Assembly: GCA_048941265.1 (NCBI GenBank)
Contig: JBHLNT010000039.1
Coordinates: 1 to 29,720 of the forward strand
Source of the DNA: Promethearchaeota archaeon
Lineage (GTDB): Archaea > Asgardarchaeota > Lokiarchaeia > Sigyniarchaeales > SOKP01
DNA: 29,720 nt
Direction: 5' to 3'
Every line of letters begins with the position of its first letter. Within the stretch, counting starts at the first letter, position 1. Of the stretch, positions 9,104 to 18,337 are shown in pieces. The translations under genes were made by a program, and so were the position numbers. The notes beneath the pieces were generated by a model that was not told the origin of the DNA, did not search any database, and saw only the letters and a program-made list of their open reading frames with translations.

Positions 9104-9317
9104 ACTAGCTTTCTATAAATATATCCCCTAAAGATATGACAGTTCAGATATTGATATTTACTTTTTATAATCTTGATAAAGTAGGTATTTAAAAAATTAA
9201 TGAAATAGAAAATTGTAATGGTTCATGATACAAAAAAACTAAGAACAAATTCATTTAAATATAAAATTTTTTTAATAAGATTTTTACCAATAGAAGAAAT
9301 CAGAGAAAATGCATGTT

Positions 9318-9836
9318 CTAGTGTAATTCTTTCTCAAATACTTGAAAGTCAGTTGATGTAAATAAACAAAAAATCACTTCTTCCATCTGAGTATCTGTTG
9401 ATAAATAATCTTTCGCTGTTGCGATCATTATTTTTGCACATCTTTCAATAGGATAGCCAAATATTCCTGTAGAAATTGCTGGAAATGCAATTGACTTTAA
9501 GTTATGTTCATCCATTAATTTTAGACTGTTTAATGTAGCATTTTTCAATTTTTCATCTTCATTTCCCTCTCCCATTCTTGGCCCAACAGCATGAATTACA
9601 TAGTTCGCTTTTAAATTTCCCCCGGTAGTAATAACAGCCCCTCCTACGAATGTAGGAGATTTTTTGTCACATTCCTCTTGAATTTTAGGACCACCTTTCC
9701 GTCGAATTGCACCTGCTACTCCACCCCCCATAATTAATTGCGCATTAGCAGCATTAACAATTACATCAGTATCTAATTCTGTTATATCTCCTTGGACTAA
9801 CTTAATTTTTGAATTTTTTATTATTAATTCGTTCAT
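9318..9836 (-). CDS. Macro domain protein (MacroD/YmdB-type ADP-ribose-binding, O-acetyl-ADP-ribose deacetylase family)
   Basis: GDIT, IVNAAN, GGGVAGAI, VIHAVGP and AFPAISTGIFGYP signature motifs. Confidence 0.95.
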   Translation of the reverse strand: MNELIIKNSKIKLVQGDITELDTDVIVNAANAQLIMGGGVAGAIRRKGGPKIQEECDKKSPTFVGGAVITTGGNLKANYVIHAVGPRMGEGNEDEKLKNATLNSLKLMDEHNLKSIAFPAISTGIFGYPIERCAKIMIATAKDYLSTDTQMEEVIFCLFTSTDFQVFEKELH

Positions 9837-9982
9837 ATTAAAAATTTAAATATTGTGAATTTCAAATATATTTACTAATCATGGCATAATGATATATAAT
9901 AACAGTTTAAGATAACATAATAATCATATATATTCTAATATAATCAATTCATATAATAAACTTATATCTTTCGGCAATTTAA

Positions 9983-11182
9983 ATGAGGCTAAAGATAAGA
10001 CAGAAAAATTCATTAATTATTTTTCTTTTATTTATTAACTTATTTTTGTCTCTCACTTTTATTAAAACAGAGATTATAAGGGATGGACCCCATAAGAATA
10101 AAGATAATAAACAGGTTAATAGGAGTCCAAATCATTTGAAAAATTCAGGATTCTGGAATCTTACAAGGGCTCCAATATATATTGATAATAGCCGATCCAA
10201 TTGTAATTGGGAAAAAATTTCTTCAAAATATAATTGGTGTTATGGAAGCGGAACTTTGGAAGATCCATATATTATTGAAAACGTGATTATAAACGGAAAA
10301 AATTCTGGAAGTTGTATTATAATTAGAAATTCTAATGTTCATTTTATAATAAGAAATTGCATACTTTACAATTCTGGTTGGTCAATCTTTAATTGGGGTT
10401 CAGGTATCAAATTAATCAATACTAATAATGGGAAAATAGTTAATAACAACTGTTCATATAATAATGGGTATGGTATTCTACAGATTCAGTGTTCCAATAA
10501 TAATATTTCGCAAAATATAGTGAATTACAACTCTTACAATGGAATTTATAGCTGGAGAAGTGATAGCTGTTTAATTTTAAAAAATGAGATTAATTATAAC
10601 GAGATAAATGGTATATCTTTTTGGTTTTGTAATAGTAATAATATAACGGGCAATAAAATAAATGAAAATCAAAACGGAATTAATTTAATTATGAGTAATA
10701 ACAACTTTATCACTTTCAATTATTTGGTTGGGAATAATGTTAGTATTTATCAATTCTGGTCTTACGGGAATATTATAAGAGGAAATAAATATGAAAATGA
10801 AATACCAGCTCCAGAAACTCTTAATAATTTAGAGAATAACAATGATGAAAATAATGGAGACTCGAACGAATTTAAAGTTCAAGAAACTTATTATATAAGT
10901 CTAATAATAATTGGCACATCATTAGGTATAATAAGCGGGGGGATTATTGGTTATTACATTCAAAAAAAGAGAATTGAAAGGAAAAGCTTATTTTTATTCG
11001 ATAAACCCCAGAAGGGAAAACCTAAAGCAGAAACATCCTTTTTATTAGAGGAGAAGTTTAAATCTAAGCCAGACTTTGAATTTGTACCAAAAGGGGCAAT
11101 TATGAAATTCGAAGATATAAAAAAATTAATCATGGATCAAAAAGACGTGAAAAACAATTTAAATGAAGATAAAAAAAAATAA
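9983..11182 (+). CDS. Membrane-anchored right-handed parallel beta-helix (NosD/CASH-like) surface protein
   Basis: Hydrophobic N-terminal segment, GSGTLEDPYIIEN motif, Asn-rich ~22-aa repeats (GI.L..S.NN.I..N), acidic/Asn linker, C-terminal TM helix followed by KKR and a ~70-aa charged tail. Confidence 0.85.
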   Translation: MRLKIRQKNSLIIFLLFINLFLSLTFIKTEIIRDGPHKNKDNKQVNRSPNHLKNSGFWNLTRAPIYIDNSRSNCNWEKISSKYNWCYGSGTLEDPYIIENVIINGKNSGSCIIIRNSNVHFIIRNCILYNSGWSIFNWGSGIKLINTNNGKIVNNNCSYNNGYGILQIQCSNNNISQNIVNYNSYNGIYSWRSDSCLILKNEINYNEINGISFWFCNSNNITGNKINENQNGINLIMSNNNFITFNYLVGNNVSIYQFWSYGNIIRGNKYENEIPAPETLNNLENNNDENNGDSNEFKVQETYYISLIIIGTSLGIISGGIIGYYIQKKRIERKSLFLFDKPQKGKPKAETSFLLEEKFKSKPDFEFVPKGAIMKFEDIKKLIMDQKDVKNNLNEDKKK

Positions 11183-11208
11183 TCTTATATCTAAAATTTA
11201 AAAAAAAA

Positions 11209-11928
11209 TTAGCTTTGTTGTTGATCCTTTTTGAAAATTTCATCTAATTTGGCTTTATCTTCATCAGACATCTTGCTCATAGCTTCCATTTGTTGTTGCA
11301 TCAAAATTTTCATGAAATTATTACTTATGATTTGGTTTAAGACAGGTAATGCAATTCGCATTCGAGTGAGCTCATAATTCATCAACTTTGCTATATCTCT
11401 CATTTCTTTCAATTCATCTTTTGTCATACCCTCCTGCCCTATTCCTGGACATTCAACATCAACAACCGTAAAATTTTTTCCATCGAATTCTAATGGGTAT
11501 GTTCGACAACTTAACGGACGATTTTCATAGATTAAACATTTTTTTTGTTCCGTATTGTAAAGTGGACATTTTTCTTCCAATAATTCATCAATAGGAGGTC
11601 CAGTAAGCGTTTCTTTCGGTGATTTTTCCTCATCCTTTTTTTGTGGGGCTAATGGTTTTAAAATTAGGTCAAAAACACCATCAGGCTTACCATATACATC
11701 CAAGTAAGGAAGAAAATTTGCTATTACTCCAGTTCGAGCCCACATCTCCAAATCCCAAAGTGTTATAGGGATAGGGCCTCTAGCAAGACAACATTTATCG
11801 CATCTCGTACATTTAAATGTAAATTTCGCTTTTGATTTTTCTGGTTCAGCCTGTTCATCTACAGGTTCTTCCTTTTTAACCTTTTCTTTCTCTTTAGAAT
11901 TTTGATTTTCTTGGTTATTTTCAGTCAA
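11209..11928 (-). CDS. YkgJ-family cysteine-cluster protein (CxxCxxCC, putative Zn or Fe-S binding)
   Basis: FKCTRCDKCC, CPLY, CLIYENRPLSCRTYP, CPGIG. TTG start. Confidence 0.9.
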   Translation of the reverse strand: MTENNQENQNSKEKEKVKKEEPVDEQAEPEKSKAKFTFKCTRCDKCCLARGPIPITLWDLEMWARTGVIANFLPYLDVYGKPDGVFDLILKPLAPQKKDEEKSPKETLTGPPIDELLEEKCPLYNTEQKKCLIYENRPLSCRTYPLEFDGKNFTVVDVECPGIGQEGMTKDELKEMRDIAKLMNYELTRMRIALPVLNQIISNNFMKILMQQQMEAMSKMSDEDKAKLDEIFKKDQQQS

Positions 11929-12094
11929 TTCATATCTCTCCTTTTAGATTTTCAAGATAATATCTAAAGAATAGATTTATTAAAGATTCAAAATTAATCA
12001 TCGAAAAAAAATTTTATCTTTATCTATAATAAAAGATTTAAAATTATATATTAATAATATATAACTTACGAATAACACGGAGTATATTATATAT

Positions 12095-13183
12095 ATGTTA
12101 TTTGAAACAGATTTTCAAATTATAAAAAAACTTACTGAAATCCAAAGTTGCAGTGGAGATGAAAATGAAATTCGTCATTATATTAAGCAATTGATTGAGC
12201 CATATTGCGATAAAATCGAAACAGACGTCTTAGGAAATTTATTTGGGTTTATAATCGGAAAAGCTAAGATAGAAGGTTCAAAACTAAAAATTCTATTAGA
12301 TGCTCATATGGATGAAATAGGATTTATAATACGTTATATTGATAAAAATGGATTTATACGTTTTTCACAGATAGGAGGTCAGAATCCCCGAATTCTCCCT
12401 GGTCAAAAAGTAACTATCCATTCTAGCTCAGGTGAAGAAATACTAGGCATTATTGGAGAAATACCTATTCATTTAAAAAAACAAGAAGAGAGAAAAAAGC
12501 CTATTAAGATGGAAGAACTTTTTATTGATATTGGAATGTCAAGTGCCGATGAGGTTAAAAAAATTATCTCGGTTGGAGATTATATTGTTTTAAAACAAGA
12601 TTGTATGGCCTTCAAAGGAAACAAAAGAATATGCTCAAAGTCTTTCGACGATAGGGCGGGCTGTTTTGTTCTTATTAGGCTTATAATGGAGTTATCGAAA
12701 GATACAAAACAGTTAGATAAAGATTTAATTTTTGAATTTGCGGCTCAAGAAGAAATAGGTGTAAGAGGAGCAAGCACAGGAGCTTACAAAATTTCACCAG
12801 ATATTGGAGTAGTAGTTGAAGTCTCTCATGCAATAGACTTTCCAGGGATAAATAAGGAAAAATATCATGAATGTTCATTAGGTTCTGGAGTATCAATAAG
12901 GATAGGGCCAAATCTTTATCCCAAACTTACTAGGTTATTGATTAATACGGCAAAGGAAGAAAGTATACCATTTACTTTAATCGCTGAACCTCGCCCAACT
13001 CCTACTGATGCGAGGGCAATTCAAGTGACAAAATCTGGGATACCATGTGCATTGATTTCAGTACCTTTAAGATATATGCACACTAATGTAGAAGTTATTG
13101 AATATCAAGATCTATTACATACCATAAATTTATTAAAATCATTTATAATGAAAGATTTAAAATCTGAAATTAGTAATCTTTAG
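12095..13183 (+). CDS. M42-family metallo-aminopeptidase (TET/FrvX-like)
   Basis: DAHMDEIG, LFIDIG, FDDRAG, QEEIGVRGA, TDA, PLRYMHT. Confidence 0.95.
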   Translation: MLFETDFQIIKKLTEIQSCSGDENEIRHYIKQLIEPYCDKIETDVLGNLFGFIIGKAKIEGSKLKILLDAHMDEIGFIIRYIDKNGFIRFSQIGGQNPRILPGQKVTIHSSSGEEILGIIGEIPIHLKKQEERKKPIKMEELFIDIGMSSADEVKKIISVGDYIVLKQDCMAFKGNKRICSKSFDDRAGCFVLIRLIMELSKDTKQLDKDLIFEFAAQEEIGVRGASTGAYKISPDIGVVVEVSHAIDFPGINKEKYHECSLGSGVSIRIGPNLYPKLTRLLINTAKEESIPFTLIAEPRPTPTDARAIQVTKSGIPCALISVPLRYMHTNVEVIEYQDLLHTINLLKSFIMKDLKSEISNL

Positions 13184-13196
13184 TCTTTAAATGAAG

Positions 13197-13802
13197 TTAA
13201 TTCTTCATAAACAATTGCTTTGTTTTAAGTAATTTTCCAAAGTTTATTAACGCGGGTTCAATAGATTCCTTGTTATTTACTCCAGTGAGAACTATTTTTC
13301 CATTACTAAAAACCAGAAAAACGCATTTAACTGGAGCAACTGATTTATAAATCAAGGCGGGAAAAACTTCTGGTTCATATATCGTATTTTCAAGTCGAAT
13401 TGTAGTCAAATTCAAATCTATTTTATCATCAAGCTCGGCGGTTATTACAATATTTACAATTTCATATTTTACTGACCTCATATCAAATTTAATCTTAATT
13501 TTAGTTTTAAGCTCCGCTATGATTCGCGATATTATTATATCGATATCTTCAAAAGATTTCAGACCAGTTAAATTCATTTTACCGTTTCTAAAAATTATAA
13601 CTACGCATTTAGGATCTAATCTTCTTAAAAACAATCCAGGAAAACGTTTTTTATCAAAATCAACATTCTCTATTTCTTTTGATATTTTTTCAAGATCGAG
13701 ATTTTGATCCAGATCTAGATGTAAATCTGCCTTAACTACAATATTTTGAATTGTATACATCAAGCTCCTTGCTTTTTCTTTGGATTTCTTGTTAATTTCC
13801 AT
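13197..13802 (-). CDS. tbp: TATA-box-binding protein, divergent paralogue
   Basis: Two TBP repeats: IQNIV..RFPGL..IIFRNGKMNLTG and IVNIV..YEPEVFPAL..LVFSNGKIVLTG. Confidence 0.9.
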   Translation of the reverse strand: MEINKKSKEKARSLMYTIQNIVVKADLHLDLDQNLDLEKISKEIENVDFDKKRFPGLFLRRLDPKCVVIIFRNGKMNLTGLKSFEDIDIIISRIIAELKTKIKIKFDMRSVKYEIVNIVITAELDDKIDLNLTTIRLENTIYEPEVFPALIYKSVAPVKCVFLVFSNGKIVLTGVNNKESIEPALINFGKLLKTKQLFMKN

Positions 13803-13992
13803 TAGATAGAACGTTAAAATCTAATTATAACTCAAAAACAATATCTAGTAATATAAAGTTCAATTCATATTTAATATTACTTCTTGACTATAATTAAAAA
13901 TAATATTAAATAAAAGCAACACTTTTTCTAAATACAAATTTATCGTTATTTAATAGTTAAGTGAATCAAAAAAATCAATAATAAGAAAGATC

Positions 13993-15333
13993 ATGGATGT
14001 TATTATCAAGAAAAAAATTATCTTATGGATAATACTATCAATTAATTTAATTCTTGCGTTTTTTATAGGATTAGCAATTCCAGTAATAGAAACATCTTCG
14101 GCTATTTTAATTGGACTTGTTGGAATTCTTGGATTAATAGTTTTCAATTTTTTGATTATGGAACTTTTAAACAGAGAATATAATAATTCGAATTTATATG
14201 AAAAAACATTGATCTGGTTATTTTTATCTCTAAATTTATTATTTGCATTTATAATGGGATTCACTATTCCTTTTATGGAATCAAATGCGAAATATAACAT
14301 GGGAATTGTCATGTTGCCACTATTAATAATTCTTAATTATATTTTAGTTGATAGATTTCATTTTTACCTTAAAATTGCTAATACTAAGCATAACGCTATT
14401 AAAACAAATGATAATGGACAACTGCAAATCACTCTTAATAAGAAAAAAGAAACTGATGGTTCCAGTAATAAGAAAACAGTAATCGAATTTAACGGGAAAA
14501 CTTACATTTTTACTGTAAGGTCATTAATTATATTAGCTGTTGGAGCCCCTCTCTTATCATATGGAATATATCAATTTTTTGATACCCCTATGAATTACTG
14601 GCTCCATGAAATAGTAGTTAAGCAAACAGTTTTTTTCTTAAATCTATTATTTAATATGGGAGTAGAATCGAAATATGTCCCGGTTGGTACCCATCATTGG
14701 AGTTTTATCATTCCCGGCAAAGGTAATATTTATTTTCAAACCTTTTGTACAGGTGTACAAGCCATATGTGTTTTTGCAGGAATAATTATTTGTATCCCCC
14801 ATTCTCAAGATCCTAAAACGAAAGAAGATATCATATGGAGAAAAACAAAGGCATTAATAATTTCGTCAGTAATATTTTATGTAGTAAATATCATTCGAAT
14901 GATAATTCAAATCTATTTGTATTACATTGGATATGCATGGGAAGATATTCATTACTCCATTAGCGCAGCTAGTTCTTTCATTGCAGCTATTATAATTCTT
15001 TTACTTCACAAGTGGATTCCCGAATTCATTCTTTCAATAATATATGGAGGTGCTTTAGTGGATAAAAGAGTTAAGGATAATCGTAAGGACTATGTAGCTG
15101 AAATGGTTGACGAGACCAATGAAGTGCCCCTTAGTATAATGAGAAAAGTCTTAGGAATGAAAAAGAAAACTTACCAAACTGAAATGGTTCCATGGGCAAA
15201 AAAATTCGGATATATAATCGAAGGAGATTTGTTAAGAATACCCGTAGATGGTAACAATAAATTTAAAGAGATGTTAAATTGGGAGGAACCTTTTGTATCA
15301 AAAGTAGCTGAGAAGAAACATAAACAAAATTAA
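13993..15333 (+). CDS. Archaeosortase/exosortase-family membrane protease with extra N-terminal TM repeats and a C-terminal soluble domain
   Basis: Multiple TM helices and a candidate Cys-Arg-His triad in family context: FCTGVQA, VVNIIRM, EDIHYSI. Confidence 0.88.
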   Translation: MDVIIKKKIILWIILSINLILAFFIGLAIPVIETSSAILIGLVGILGLIVFNFLIMELLNREYNNSNLYEKTLIWLFLSLNLLFAFIMGFTIPFMESNAKYNMGIVMLPLLIILNYILVDRFHFYLKIANTKHNAIKTNDNGQLQITLNKKKETDGSSNKKTVIEFNGKTYIFTVRSLIILAVGAPLLSYGIYQFFDTPMNYWLHEIVVKQTVFFLNLLFNMGVESKYVPVGTHHWSFIIPGKGNIYFQTFCTGVQAICVFAGIIICIPHSQDPKTKEDIIWRKTKALIISSVIFYVVNIIRMIIQIYLYYIGYAWEDIHYSISAASSFIAAIIILLLHKWIPEFILSIIYGGALVDKRVKDNRKDYVAEMVDETNEVPLSIMRKVLGMKKKTYQTEMVPWAKKFGYIIEGDLLRIPVDGNNKFKEMLNWEEPFVSKVAEKKHKQN

Positions 15334-15452
15334 GATAATTAAGGTTAACTAAGTGCGATATTCTTCTTTTTCTTTTAAATTTTCAATATAGTTAACATTT
15401 CTGGCTCCGTAAGAATTTATTATATCTTCTCAAAATAAATCTATATTTACCA

Positions 15453-15711
15453 TGATATAAGGGGAAAATCTAAAGCCTTTAGCTCATATTTTAAAATAGT
15501 GATTTAGATGTCCATCCCTATAAATATTCATTACTCTATTAGTGCTGCGAGTTATTTTATAGCAGCAATTATAATTCTTTTACTCCATAAGTAGATTCCC
15601 GAGTTTATCATTTCAATCATATATACGGGAAATTTAGTAGGTAAGAAGCTTAGAGATATAAAAGAGCTTGATGATGATAAGGAGCATTCCAGTACTAAAT
15701 TTGATGATTAG
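15453..15711 (+). pseudogene. Degenerate 3' remnant of a second archaeosortase paralogue
   Basis: 15526-15711 translates as IHYSISAASYFIAAIIILLLHK*IPEFIISIIYTGNLVGKKLRD..., versus IHYSISAASSFIAAIIILLLHKWIPEFILSIIYGGALVDKRVKD in the upstream gene. In-frame TAG at 15592-15594. Weaker similarity upstream (DIRGKSKAF vs DIIWRKTKAL); left boundary approximate. Confidence 0.85.
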
Positions 15712-15811
15712 ATAGAATTACATATTTTTTAAATGATTTTTTTAATGTTTGTGAATTAAGGAGAAAATTAAGAATTCTATAAATTCAATAAATAATAAGA
15801 ATTATTGATCC

Positions 15812-16717
15812 ATGATGTTAGAATTTAAAACAGAACAAAAAGTAATTCAGATTGGGAATATTAAAATTGGAGGCCAACCTGGTGAAAATCCAATAGTAAT
15901 GGTTGGTACTGTTTTTTATGCGAAACATCCTGCATTATTAGATGAAAAAACTGGAAAATTCGATAAAAATATTGTTGAAACTGAAGTCAATGAATTTATA
16001 GAAGTCGTTAAAGATACAGATATGCCGGCAATAATCGACGTAGTTGGAAGTTATCCTGATGCATTAATAAAAGAATGTGAATTTATCGCAGATTTAACGG
16101 ATTGTCCCTTTTTAGTCGATGGACTAAACGACACTAGTAGAATTCCTGCTATGGAAGGTCTAAAAGAGATCGGATTACTAGAGAGAGCGATTTTAAATAG
16201 TATTGATGAGAATACATCAACCGAAAGTTTGAACAAACTTAAGGAAATTGGAGTTAAACATGCTGTCCTTTTAACATTTGGAAATAGATATATTTTTCCA
16301 CATCAAAAACTACATTTATTGCAAGAAAAATTGCTGGTTAGCGCTAAAAAAGCCAGCATTAAAAACCTAATTGTCGACACTGCTGTTTTAGACTTACCGT
16401 CTGTAGCGATAAATGTAGAAACAACTCACTTAATAAAAGAGGAGTTGGGCTTACCGACTGGATTTGCACCTGCAAATGCAATATATGGTTGGGATTATGT
16501 TAAAAAGTATGGAGAAAGTTCCAGATGTGGGGCCATAACCTCTATTATGACCTATTGTGCCGATGCGGGAAGTGATTTTATATTATTTGGTCCAGTTAAA
16601 TTTGCTAAATGTGTCGTTCCCTCTATTGCTATGATTTCGGGTATCAATGCATATTATAGAAAAAGGATTTTAAGGAAACATATATCTGAACAAACACCTT
16701 TTAAGAAGATTTTCTAA
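15812..16717 (+). CDS. mtrH: MtrH-family pterin-binding methyltransferase (methyl-H4MPT/H4F:corrinoid methyltransferase)
   Basis: FKTEQKV.QIG..KIGGQPGENP..VGTVFY..H, PFLVDG, AILNSI, IVDTAV, GLPTGFAPAN, GSDFILFGP. Confidence 0.9.
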   Translation: MMLEFKTEQKVIQIGNIKIGGQPGENPIVMVGTVFYAKHPALLDEKTGKFDKNIVETEVNEFIEVVKDTDMPAIIDVVGSYPDALIKECEFIADLTDCPFLVDGLNDTSRIPAMEGLKEIGLLERAILNSIDENTSTESLNKLKEIGVKHAVLLTFGNRYIFPHQKLHLLQEKLLVSAKKASIKNLIVDTAVLDLPSVAINVETTHLIKEELGLPTGFAPANAIYGWDYVKKYGESSRCGAITSIMTYCADAGSDFILFGPVKFAKCVVPSIAMISGINAYYRKRILRKHISEQTPFKKIF

Positions 16718-16722
16718 ATCTC

Positions 16723-18246
16723 TTAAGAAATGTATCTTAAAAGTAAATCGCTAGTTCGATACATGAAATCTGGCATTAATTCATTTATCCGCTTTTTTTT
16801 AATTTCTTCATCCATTAAAAAGAGAACAAAGAAATTATAATTACCAATTCTGATTTTTTTAAATAGAATAATAGAATCTGCAATTTTAAAAATAGCTTCA
16901 TCTTGCTTTAAAGCACGAAATTCTGAAAAAATTTTAAATAATAAAGTAAACTGAGGTGCTGTAATTTCAAATATGTTTCTTATTTTTTCTTCATCCGAAC
17001 CTTCTCCAGCAAGTTGGATTTCTGATATTCTAAATAGTTCACCCGATAAAAAATCTGCTAGTACCAATCCTTCATTATTTAATAACAAAGATAACGAAAT
17101 ACCAGCACGATTTGAAAATTTTTTGAGAATTAGATTAATTAATTTTCTATTGGGACTTAATTTTGAAATACCCGAAGAAAAAGCTTGCAAAATGCTAAAT
17201 ATTGAAAAGATACTGGTTATAAATATTTCAGGCTTCTTATTAGGGATAAGCTCAATTAGTTTTGATTTTATAAATTGAATATTTTCTTTGATTTCTTGGT
17301 TATTTATAATATCCTTGTCTCCTTTAGATAAAATAAATATGATAGGGGTATCCATCTTAAATTCTTTTAATGCAATTTTAATTTGTTGAAAATATTCTAT
17401 ACTTTCATCAAAACGGGCTTTATTCTTGATATCAATAAAGTAAAAAAGTAGATCTGTTTCATATAAATAGATTTGAGACTTAGTTAAATATTTTTGCCTT
17501 GAAGCTATTTGTCCTCCTAAATCCCAAAGAAAAATAGATGCTCCAAGTGCTTGTATTGATGAAACATTAGCTCCTACAGTAGGTTTTAAGCCAATTAATT
17601 TAGAATATTTTCTATCAACAGATAATAAAAACGATGTTTTACCCGAATCATCTAACCCTGCAAAGACAACTTTTATTCTTGTCGCATGCGTAATTGGAGC
17701 ATAAGGTTTTTTTTCAATTTCAATCAATTTTAACAGTAATTCCTTAAAGACTGGTTCAATTAATTCAGAAGATTTATATCCATTTGAAATTTCTTTATCA
17801 AATTTTAAAAGAAAGTTAAATACAAGAGACTTAAGCTGATTTAAATTATTATATAAAAAACTCCGCCTATTTCTGTCTACTAAAATCGAAAATGCTGCTG
17901 CGATGGGTTCTTGAGGCTCTTTAGACTTCTTAAATTTAATAAAATGAAAGATTGTCAAAGATGTAAGATTAAAATCAGGAAAAGGTAATATTGCAAAGTA
18001 AGGTAATTTTTCTGAGTCCTTATCTACATCAATGAATTCTTGATCTCCCGCCATCATACTAAGATTTTTTATAGAAATCTGAGTATAATCTCTGTAACTT
18101 AATCTAATTATATTTTGTAGTCTAAATTGCTCTGCCTCCTCTTCAGAAACCTCTTTAGGGAACATGTAAATAGGTTGGGGGCCAAATTTATCAAAAGCTG
18201 AAAAGAGAAGCCCTTTTATGACTGATTTTTCGATGAGTTCTTCCAT
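16723..18246 (-). CDS. uDENN/longin-like domain + Arf/Rag-like small GTPase + C-terminal roadblock-like domain fusion
   Basis: G1 GLDDSGKTS, G2 KPT, G3 WDLGGQ, G4 SKGD, G5 TSIF. N-terminal LLFSAFDKFGPQPIYMFP motif; C-terminal SLLLNNEGLVLA roadblock-like start. Confidence 0.85.
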   Translation of the reverse strand: MEELIEKSVIKGLLFSAFDKFGPQPIYMFPKEVSEEEAEQFRLQNIIRLSYRDYTQISIKNLSMMAGDQEFIDVDKDSEKLPYFAILPFPDFNLTSLTIFHFIKFKKSKEPQEPIAAAFSILVDRNRRSFLYNNLNQLKSLVFNFLLKFDKEISNGYKSSELIEPVFKELLLKLIEIEKKPYAPITHATRIKVVFAGLDDSGKTSFLLSVDRKYSKLIGLKPTVGANVSSIQALGASIFLWDLGGQIASRQKYLTKSQIYLYETDLLFYFIDIKNKARFDESIEYFQQIKIALKEFKMDTPIIFILSKGDKDIINNQEIKENIQFIKSKLIELIPNKKPEIFITSIFSIFSILQAFSSGISKLSPNRKLINLILKKFSNRAGISLSLLLNNEGLVLADFLSGELFRISEIQLAGEGSDEEKIRNIFEITAPQFTLLFKIFSEFRALKQDEAIFKIADSIILFKKIRIGNYNFFVLFLMDEEIKKKRINELMPDFMYRTSDLLLRYIS

Positions 18247-18337
18247 TACTCCGAGCTTTATAAATGATTAAAATTTAAAACGCTTATATTATTTTAAAGA
18301 AAAGATAATTATAAATTGTTTTATATAAGAATTATAG

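Noticed and set aside
9983-11182. Beta-helix protein as substrate of the nearby archaeosortase
   Set aside because: No PGF/PEF-like motif precedes the TM helix, and a long tail follows it, unlike terminal tripartite sorting signals.
11209-11928. YkgJ protein as a FliB-like flagellin methylase linked to the che operon
   Set aside because: The family is widespread and of unclear function, the gene is separated from the operon, and no filament genes are present.
15592-15594. In-frame TAG as a pyrrolysine or read-through codon next to a methyltransferase gene
   Set aside because: It replaces a Trp by a single G-to-A change in a fragment that lacks the catalytic Cys/Arg region and has other lesions. 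No pyl genes are in the window, so pseudogenisation is the simpler explanation.
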